Assembly (NCBI GenBank): GCA_964106915.2
Contig: OZ066927.1
Length of the DNA stretch: 64,000 nucleotides
Source of the DNA: Podarcis gaigeae
Taxonomy: Eukaryota
Direction: 5' to 3' (one strand)
This document shows, piece by piece, positions 60,101-64,000 of this stretch. A model generated the notes under the pieces. That model saw only the letters and a list, made by a program, of their open reading frames with translations, was not told the DNA's origin and ran no database searches. Numbering within the stretch: position 1 is the stretch's first letter; every line of letters begins with the position of its first letter. The translations under genes and the position numbers were made by a program.

Positions 60101-61416
60101 CGCCAGTGTGGCCACCTAGCCTGACTTGTCAAGAGTAAAAACTTTGCCACAGCTGTAGCTGATTTCAGGGGCAGGGGGCATGGTATTTATTTGGAAGTGA
60201 TTGTGGATGGTGAGTTGACACCAAATGAGCTGCTCGATAGAGGAGGTCACCCTTTTGGGTCTCTCCTTTGGCATGCAATGAGGCTAAGGGAACTCCCCGT
60301 GAGCAACTGGCTGTTGACTTGCTCCTAGGTCAGAGACTGGAGCATGTAATTTATGTAAGTGAGTTAACCCAATTTGCAAGTGAGAGGTGGATTTCTGGGG
60401 AGCCACATCTGTAGTAAGAGTCTGAATGCAGATTCAGTACAACTGGTGGAGATTTGATGATTTTGCTATTTTATAGTGTTTTGATTGTTTTAGTCTATTT
60501 ATTGCAGCTCTCTTTTGTATCAATAGGCTGTGCAACTGTCTGGGAGCCCTTAGACCAAAAAGCAGTCGATGTACAGTGGTACCTCGGGCTACACACACTT
60601 CAGGTTACAAACACTTCGGGTTACAGACTCCGCTAACCCAGAAATAGTACCTCGGTTAAGAACTTTGCTTCAGGATGAGAACAGAAATCGCGCCGTGGCA
60701 TCATGGCAGCAGTGGGAGGCCCCATTAGCTAAAGTGGTACCTCAGGTTAAGAACGGCTTCAGGTTAAGAATGGACCTCCTGAACGAATTAAGTTCGTAGC
60801 CAGAGGTACCACTGTATATATGAAACAAACTAAAGAGTTCCAATTTGGAACTCTCCTTATGTTTAAAACAAAGCCTTCATGTTCTGCGGCCACAAACTAT
60901 TGTTTCTTATGTACAAAATTTTGTTAAAACCACAACAAAAAGGACAAAGACAATCCCAGCTGAGACACAAACATACCTTCTTTGAAAACTTGCGGTTGTC
61001 TTCCAAAAACCGCCTTTCACGTGGAAAAAAGGTTCTGATACTGGCTTTTACCTTTGAAAGAATATAAATAATTGCATGACTTTGGTGTTTATGTTCAGAT
61101 GCTCCATCTTGGTTTGGTACTTCAGCAACCAACTCTTTTAACCCATCCAGACTTGTGTAGATTACTAGATCTCCTAGCACCAAACTCCCCTAACCATTTT
61201 ATCCAGACAACAAGCCTGCGAGGTAGGCCAGGCTCATTGGCAGAGTATCTGCTCTGTAAGGCAGCTTCCTATGTTCCTAGGAAAAGGGCGATTCTCTGAA
61301 GCCATTCGACTTACAGGATTAAATAGAACATCCAGCTCCAAGTAGATGGCACCTTTTGAGGGAAGTTCCAGGTCTTTGTTCTTCAGTGTGTAGCAAATTT
61401 GCTCACCATTTCTAAT
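13497..61416 (-). CDS. MCTP2: MCTP2, 3' part of the gene (9 coding exons; 5' exons outside the window)
   Basis: The spliced exons translate IRNGEQ...[12 protein letters not shown]...[12 protein letters not shown]...[13 protein letters not shown]...[28 protein letters not shown]...[15 protein letters not shown]...[58 protein letters not shown]. This matches the vertebrate MCTP C-terminal region as I recall it. The RKKRSAL* end and the LRNPY motif fit MCTP2 rather than MCTP1. All introns are GT-AG and phases are consistent. Confidence 0.96.
14660..14790 (+). mobile_element. Penelope-like element terminal fragment
   Basis: Resembles the reptile PLE end (..atgaagtgg..aataa..gtgtcatgagactct..acagacttacacagctactcatctaga); family call from recall. 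Confidence 0.55.
14872..14979. repeat. Tandem repeat, 2 x 54 bp
   Basis: agaaccacc...tgttgt..tgg..ggaagga.taggaaatgtatgcaacaa repeated directly. Confidence 0.9.
14987..15140 (-). mobile_element. L2 LINE 3' end
   Basis: cccatctggctgggttt..ccagccact.tggg.ggct...aacattaaaaacttccctaaacagggctgcc; same family as 37986-38400 and 40536-40690. Confidence 0.75.
16186..16283 (-). CDS. MCTP2: MCTP2 penultimate exon: (G)[32 protein letters not shown]
   Basis: 98 nt, phase 1/0; acceptor ttcgcAG, donor GTAAGT; visible inside ORF 15844..16302. Confidence 0.96.
16980..17297. mobile_element. Palindromic MITE, Harbinger-like family (also at ~25530-25731, ~42381-42684, ~62905-63138)
   Basis: agagctacaattcccagag...ctctgggaa.tgtagctctgtgag...gctttaaatgtatg.tg recurs in four places. 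Confidence 0.65.
17158..17273 (-). mobile_element. Severely 5'-truncated L1-type 3' end with AATAAA and A-rich tail
   Basis: 11-bp TSD atagtgcttta (17147-17157, 17274-17284); AATAAA on the minus strand at 17181-17186. Confidence 0.75.
17306..17415 (-). CDS. MCTP2: MCTP2 exon, second hydrophobic segment: (N)[36 protein letters not shown](G)
   Basis: 110 nt, phase 2/1; acceptor ccacAG, donor GTAAGT. Confidence 0.95.
18190..18372 (+). mobile_element. CR1 LINE 3' UTR fragment
   Basis: gcctctgaataccag..gctggg...ggcatctggt.ggccactgtgagaacaggatgctggacta. Confidence 0.75.
19456..19592. mobile_element. hAT MITE of the palindromic actacaactcccatc family, older copy
   Basis: CAGGGG...CCCTG ends; imperfect 8-bp TSD aattaaaa/gattaaag. 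Confidence 0.65.
19660..19950 (+). mobile_element. CR1 LINE 3' end
   Basis: ggctttaaaagaag..agacaaat.catggaggataaggctat...cagaatgctgg. Confidence 0.75.
20679..20788 (-). CDS. MCTP2: MCTP2 exon: [36 protein letters not shown](N)
   Basis: 110 nt, phase 0/2; acceptor tcccAG, donor GTAAGT. Confidence 0.95.
22176..22387. mobile_element. hAT-Charlie-like non-autonomous DNA transposon
   Basis: TIRs ..gag.tttccaaact / agtttggaaagctctg; perfect 8-bp TSD gtctaggg. Confidence 0.85.
22710..23095 (-). mobile_element. L2 LINE ORF2 C-terminal fragment
   Basis: [39 protein letters not shown]. Confidence 0.8.
24362..24460. mobile_element. Short palindromic MITE family (tactcagagtagaccc...gggtctactctgagta); further copies at ~28185-28375, ~29365-29470, ~34655-34760, ~58915-59030
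   Basis: Recurrent self-complementary ~100-bp unit; superfamily not assigned. Confidence 0.55.
24979..25114. mobile_element. hAT palindromic MITE
   Basis: Near-perfect hairpin aactcggccctcc...ggagggccgagtt; same family as 40720-40855. Confidence 0.85.
26040..26325 (+). mobile_element. L1/Tx1-type LINE ORF2 C-terminal fragment
   Basis: QQAMAHTWK...[34 protein letters not shown]. Confidence 0.6.
26334..26469. mobile_element. hAT MITE, 136 bp
   Basis: TIRs cagtggcgtagcgtgg / ccacgctatgccactg; perfect 8-bp TSD acactctc. Confidence 0.9.
26510..26857 (+). mobile_element. Sauria SINE (Squam1)
   Basis: ggtggcactgtgggttaaacc...ggttcgaatccc head; ctttaccttta tail; TSD ctatcctgaa. Confidence 0.95.
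27001..27046. repeat. (TA)n microsatellite
   Basis: Direct read. Confidence 0.95.
28725..28766 (-). CDS. MCTP2: MCTP2 short acidic exon: [14 protein letters not shown]
   Basis: 42 nt, phase 0/0; acceptor ttttttaAG, donor GTAAGA; matches the acidic linker exon of MCTP2. Confidence 0.92.
28855..29185 (-). mobile_element. Two adjacent CR1 3' end fragments
   Basis: ctggatcaggccaa..g.ccatcta.tccagcatcctgttctcacagtggcc motif (also at 38428-38645, 49570, 51380-51830, 53525). Confidence 0.75.
30340..31594 (+). mobile_element. CR1 LINE ORF2 fragment (endonuclease end to RT start), decayed
   Basis: [27 protein letters not shown]; [16 protein letters not shown]; [12 protein letters not shown]; [10 protein letters not shown]. 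Confidence 0.92.
31745..32548 (-). mobile_element. CR1 LINE 3' portion
   Basis: [41 protein letters not shown], plus the 3' UTR motif. Confidence 0.85.
33370..33545 (-). mobile_element. Squam3-like SINE, old copy
   Basis: ctccccatttta..cac...caacac..tgaggtaggttaggctgag...gcccaa motif. Confidence 0.65.
35277..36036 (-). mobile_element. Solo LTR (Gypsy-like, 760 bp), young, with a long internal ORF
   Basis: TGTCAGG...CCTGACA termini; 5-bp TSD CCTGG (35272-35276, 36037-36041); AATAAA on the minus strand at 35345-35350; CpG-rich; inserted in an older repeat spanning ~35240-36573. Confidence 0.9.
36113..36352. mobile_element. Tigger/pogo-type MITE
   Basis: TA|CAGTGGTACCTC...GAGGTATGACTG|TA. Confidence 0.88.
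36930..37052 (-). CDS. MCTP2: MCTP2 exon, first hydrophobic segment: [41 protein letters not shown]
   Basis: 123 nt, phase 0/0; acceptor catttAG, donor GTAAGT; follows a ~22 kb intron. Confidence 0.95.
37986..38400 (-). mobile_element. L2 LINE 3' end
   Basis: [32 protein letters not shown]...[12 protein letters not shown]; (TAA)n tail. Confidence 0.9.
39426..39736 (-). mobile_element. Squam3 SINE with expanded (CTT)n/(CTA)n tail
   Basis: Head gccagtgtggtctagtggttaagagcagtagactcgtaatctggtgaactgggtt; microsatellite tail 39426-39503. Confidence 0.88.
40536..40690 (+). mobile_element. L2 LINE 3' fragment
   Basis: agggccttctcg.tagtggcacc.gccctgtggaa...ctgaaggcagccctgtttagg. Confidence 0.8.
40720..40855. 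mobile_element. hAT palindromic MITE
   Basis: TIR caggcataggcaaactc / gagtttgcctatgcctg; imperfect TSD gcttaatc/ccttaacc. Confidence 0.88.
42880..43120 (+). mobile_element. CR1 LINE ORF2 C-terminal fragment
   Basis: [28 protein letters not shown]. Confidence 0.7.
43572..43707. mobile_element. hAT-Charlie-like palindromic MITE, young
   Basis: Long perfect TIR cagtgttccccaaccttgggcctccagctgtttttggacta; perfect TSD gtctaggg. Confidence 0.92.
44212..44531 (-). mobile_element. Sauria SINE variant subfamily, rearranged
   Basis: TSD aaattaattta; internal deletion near the tail; 5' fold-back. Confidence 0.92.
45846..45869 (+). mobile_element. Isolated Sauria SINE 3' tail (ggggtacctttacctttaccttta)
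   Basis: Matches the tail of the 47361 subfamily; no body present. Confidence 0.55.
47361..47722 (-). mobile_element. Sauria SINE variant subfamily, full length, young
   Basis: 14-bp TSD tagttgtatgttaa; (ACCTTT)n tail; CpGs intact. Confidence 0.95.
48085..48113. repeat. (GT)n microsatellite
   Basis: Direct read. Confidence 0.95.
48464..49085. mobile_element. Pogo/Tigger-type MITE with an internal ~114-bp GC-rich tandem repeat
   Basis: TA|C(T/C)GTATTTTTCGCCCTAT.GGACGCAC...GTGCGTCCTATAGGGCGAAAAATACGG|TA. Confidence 0.9.
49570..50700 (-). mobile_element. CR1 LINE 3' portion interrupted by BovB
   Basis: [27 protein letters not shown]; 3' UTR motif at 49570-49760. Confidence 0.88.
50053..50550 (-). 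mobile_element. BovB (RTE) LINE, 5'-truncated
   Basis: [43 protein letters not shown]...RMRWLDSV; 12-bp TSD tctctctaaact. Confidence 0.96.
52590..52805 (+). mobile_element. Squam2-like tRNA SINE with a short internal insertion
   Basis: ggctgta.ctcagtggtaga.catctgctttgcatg.agaagg...gccactgcc.gtcagtgtag. Confidence 0.6.
53653..54190 (+). mobile_element. Solo LTR (Gypsy-like, 538 bp), older, inserted in a Squam3 SINE
   Basis: TGTCA...TGACA termini; AATAAA at 54109-54114; splits the SINE head tggttag|agtgctggactag; TSD not cleanly preserved. Confidence 0.78.
54191..54390 (+). mobile_element. Squam3-like SINE (head begins ~53636)
   Basis: gagtgctggactaggacctg..agaccagggttcaaatcc.cactc.gccatgaagctcactgggtga. 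Confidence 0.8.
54500..54853 (-). mobile_element. Sauria SINE (Squam1) inserted in a CR1 fragment (~54415-54985)
   Basis: TSD tttccctaaactaaa; (ACCTTT)n tail. Confidence 0.93.
57016..57482 (+). mobile_element. Solo LTR (Gypsy-like, 467 bp)
   Basis: TGTCAGG...CCTGACA termini; perfect 5-bp TSD GTGAC; AATAAA at 57409-57414. Confidence 0.9.
57768..58107 (-). mobile_element. Sauria SINE (Squam1)
   Basis: 14-bp TSD ctgctgccttagta. Confidence 0.95.
59370..59489 (-). CDS. MCTP2: MCTP2 exon: [40 protein letters not shown]
   Basis: 120 nt, phase 0/0; acceptor caccAG, donor GTAAGT; not in the ORF track, read manually. Confidence 0.95.
59881..60108. mobile_element. hAT MITE, GC-rich
   Basis: TIR cagaggcggag / ctccgccagtg; TSD tggctacc/tggccacc. 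Confidence 0.8.
60574..60814. mobile_element. Tigger/pogo-type MITE
   Basis: TA|CAGTGGTACCTC...GAGGTACCACTG|TA. Confidence 0.9.
60977..61051 (-). CDS. MCTP2: MCTP2 exon: [25 protein letters not shown]
   Basis: 75 nt, phase 0/0; acceptor ttcaaAG, donor GTATGT. Confidence 0.95.
61315..61416 (-). CDS. MCTP2: MCTP2 exon, end of C2C domain: [34 protein letters not shown]
   Basis: 102 nt, phase 0/0; acceptor tttgcAG, donor GTAAGT. Confidence 0.95.
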
Positions 61417-62436
61417 CTGCAAATTGAAAGAAATAAAAAAAATGAGAAAAAGATAAGAATCTCAGCTGAATATCACCAAGTGCGCTTCAGTTTTCACAGC
61501 AATGCTATAGGGTGCACGCTGGAGAGACAGTGCTTTTGTTTTATCTGCAAGCGGAGCATGAGCAGAGGCAAAGAGATTCCCACAGAGCATCCTGCATGAG
61601 CATCCTTCATCCTAAGGTGCTTTGCCTGCATCCAACTCCTAAGCCTCTGAGTGCTGCTCATCACCACAGTGGGGTGAATGCTGGCTGATAGAAGAGGGAA
61701 AGTCCAATTCCTATTTAATATACAGATTAAATACCAGCTTTGGGGCTTCTGCACCTCATTCTGCTACAGGCATCAGTTCAACGGCTAAACAGTACTCTGC
61801 TTGAATTTCTCTTAAATTGGAGAGATCATGCTTTAAAAGAGCATAATTGGCTAAGAAAACAAAAGCAGAGATTTAAAATATCAGGGTCCAGCTTCACATT
61901 AGGGGTATTATTCTTTACTGAAACAAGTCTAAAACATAACACAGAGCCAACAAGCAAAGCACACTCCAGAACCCGACCAGCCAGTAGGGAATCATTCGCT
62001 CCAGTTATTTACAATTTTAAATAGTTATTTTTCTTCCAGATAGCAATAGGTTGTTTGGCCGGACAACTGATGAAGCAAAGTTACTACCAAAAACCCCATA
62101 AATTCAATGATGAATTTAGGAAAGCCACAATCTCTCAGTCTCCAACCAACCTACCTCCTCCGTCTCTGCAATACTGAAACCATCTTTGCAAGATTGCTGT
62201 AGATACGAAATGTGAAACATGTGGAATATTTAAAATGCCGAAGACCACTGTACATACGTTCCAACTTTTTCTGATACAAAACCGGAACATGTGTCTTCCG
62301 GGACGCACTCCCAGGCTTGCGCACCTTGCTCTGGCCCAGATACTGTGTGGTGCCCCAAAACATGCGGTTCTGGGTGCTGCACAAGATTGCAGCCCCTTTT
62401 TTGGGATGAGAGCAAGGTGCGAGAGAGCATGTGAAA

Positions 62437-62749
62437 TTGCGATGGACAAAATGGCCGCCGAGATCTCACAGGAAGAAACAGGAGGTCTTGTTTTCTCCCC
62501 ACAGCACTTGGAAAGTAAGCCACTTCCGCCCTGCAAAAGGAGGTGGTGTTGCGGGCTTCACGCCCCCACCATGTGTGGCAGCTAGCACTCAGCCTCCACG
62601 TGGTTGAGGGAATCCCTGGCTGCGTCACCCCCTGAACAGCCAATCGGCTGGCTCAAGGAGCGTGGCCTGCCCTATTTAACGCAGGCACGACTGGGGATCT
62701 CCCTCTTTTGCCGCCTCCACTGAGTGGGGGGTGGAAACTCGTCACGCAA
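62437..62749 (+). mobile_element. 313-bp TTGCG...CGCAA element without TSD, promoter-like (probable DIRS/Ngaro-type remnant)
   Basis: 5-bp inverted termini; CpG-rich; YY1-like AAAATGGCCGCC, ETS-like CACTTCCG, CCAAT (agccaatc), TATA-like tatttaa. Confidence 0.5.
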
Positions 62750-64000
62750 TACACTGTGTTCAGACTTCCAAGCTCCTTCGAATGCCATGGCCTATGGTCC
62801 CAGAAGATACCAAAAATATATCAGCCAACTATATGCCAGATTTCCTAAGGGAGGCTCACCTGGTGCCTATGTTACATATCTTTAGTTGCCAGGAAAGAAA
62901 CAGTGAGACTTGTTAGGAGGCTCCTATTCCCCCACAGAGCTACAATTCCCAAAGTTCCCCGTGAAGAGCTACTCTGGGAATTGTAGCTCTGTGAGGGGGG
63001 TAGGTAGGCCTTTTTTCCCCACCCAGAACTCACCGCAACCTCTCAGGTGGGCGCCATTGCCATTCTAAAAGAACGAAGGAGGTATTCAATGGTGAGAAGG
63101 GTATCATAGCGCTTTAAATGTATGGTGTGAATGTGGCCAAAGAAACTGGACGAAATAGTTTGGAGTTTTCTCACATTGCAGACACAGAGAGAGAGACTTC
63201 TCCTCCCCTCCCGCTGCCTCCTCTTGCCTGCCTTGTTATGCAAATCCTGAGGGACACTTGACAAATGTCTATAAAATCAAGGAGGGGGGGGTGGAATCAG
63301 AATCTAACATCTTCTCACTGTCATCTCACACAGCCGGCTGCCTCTCGCATAGACCATTTGGCAGGCGCCTGCTCTCCAGGAGACCAGCTGCTCACACCGC
63401 TCCTGTCCAGTAACATCAGGGATACGAGGACTCAGGGAGAAATTAACAGAGTCATCAAAAATTGAATAAAAGATGTTAAGGAGTTGTTCCTTCCCTGTAA
63501 ACATCAAACGGCCCGTCACATGATGCAGGCCGTTCCAAAAAAAAAAGTCTGAGCAAGCATTGAGCAGCTATAGCCTATACAGAAGGGGCTTAATGCAGTC
63601 CCGAAGTCAAGGACATTGTGAAAAAGGGGGCGGTGGTGCTGTGTTCAAGGTTGAAAGAGGAATATGAAGCTTGGAAGTGATAAAACTACCGTTCTAATCT
63701 AAAAAATTAAGGCTTGCATCCAACCAAGGTACTATATGTATTGTTGAGGAAACCCCAATCTCCAATAAGCAAGAGACTTCAAGAGTACCTGTGCTTACCC
63801 AGGGTTCAGTTTTCCTGGAATGAAGGTCAACAGAGACTGTATCTGCAGGACATATGGTTTTATTTACACATATATACAATCAGCATTTACACCCCGGCAG
63901 ATTTTGCTTTCCCACTGGGGTCAAGCCTTAAGTCACAGCTTTGGGTCCGCCACAGAGCATCAGCCCAAACTCTCTCACACAGACCCCCCCCCCTCCTTAG

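Noticed and set aside
62320-62421. 13-bp inverted repeat cgcaccttgctct / agagcaaggtgcg
   Set aside because: Probably a remnant of a palindromic MITE; too little evidence for a structured RNA.
61420-64000. Expected preceding MCTP2 exon (C2C, ...DFLGKVAIPLL)
   Set aside because: Not found on the minus strand in this interval; presumably beyond the window edge.
1-64000. CRISPR arrays, operons or other prokaryotic systems
   Set aside because: The sequence is a spliced vertebrate locus; no repeat-spacer arrays or bacterial-type gene clusters seen.

Overview
Vertebrate genomic DNA, almost certainly from a squamate. The Sauria SINE/Squam1, Squam3 and BovB content points to a lacertid-like lizard. 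The only host gene I can support is the 3' part of MCTP2 (multiple C2 and transmembrane domain protein 2) on the minus strand. It has nine coding exons from 61416 down to the stop at 13497, all with GT-AG boundaries and consistent phases, encoding the end of C2C, the transmembrane region and the C-terminus ...RKKRSAL*. The upstream exons lie beyond the right edge of the window. About 13 kb of 3' UTR and flank follow at the left. The rest is intronic or intergenic and dense in transposons: Sauria SINEs, Squam2/3-like SINEs, BovB/RTE, CR1, L2, L1-type and Penelope fragments, hAT, Tigger/pogo and Harbinger-like MITEs, three TG...CA solo LTRs, and two TSD-less TTGC...CGCAA elements. Several repeat-free, motif-rich blocks look like conserved non-coding elements, plausibly of the MCTP2-NR2F2 regulatory block. 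Most ORFs in the supplied track are chance or TE-derived. The most interesting observations: (1) all three solo LTRs carry a reading frame that starts at LTR base 2 in the same register and has the same acidic, then S/T-P, then basic EQ..RRS architecture (intact for 207 codons in one copy), suggesting a U3-encoded C-terminal extension of Pol/integrase; (2) a BovB and a Sauria SINE inserted independently at the same site of two different CR1 copies; (3) two candidate alternative MCTP2 C-termini from intron read-through, one with an extra hydrophobic segment.
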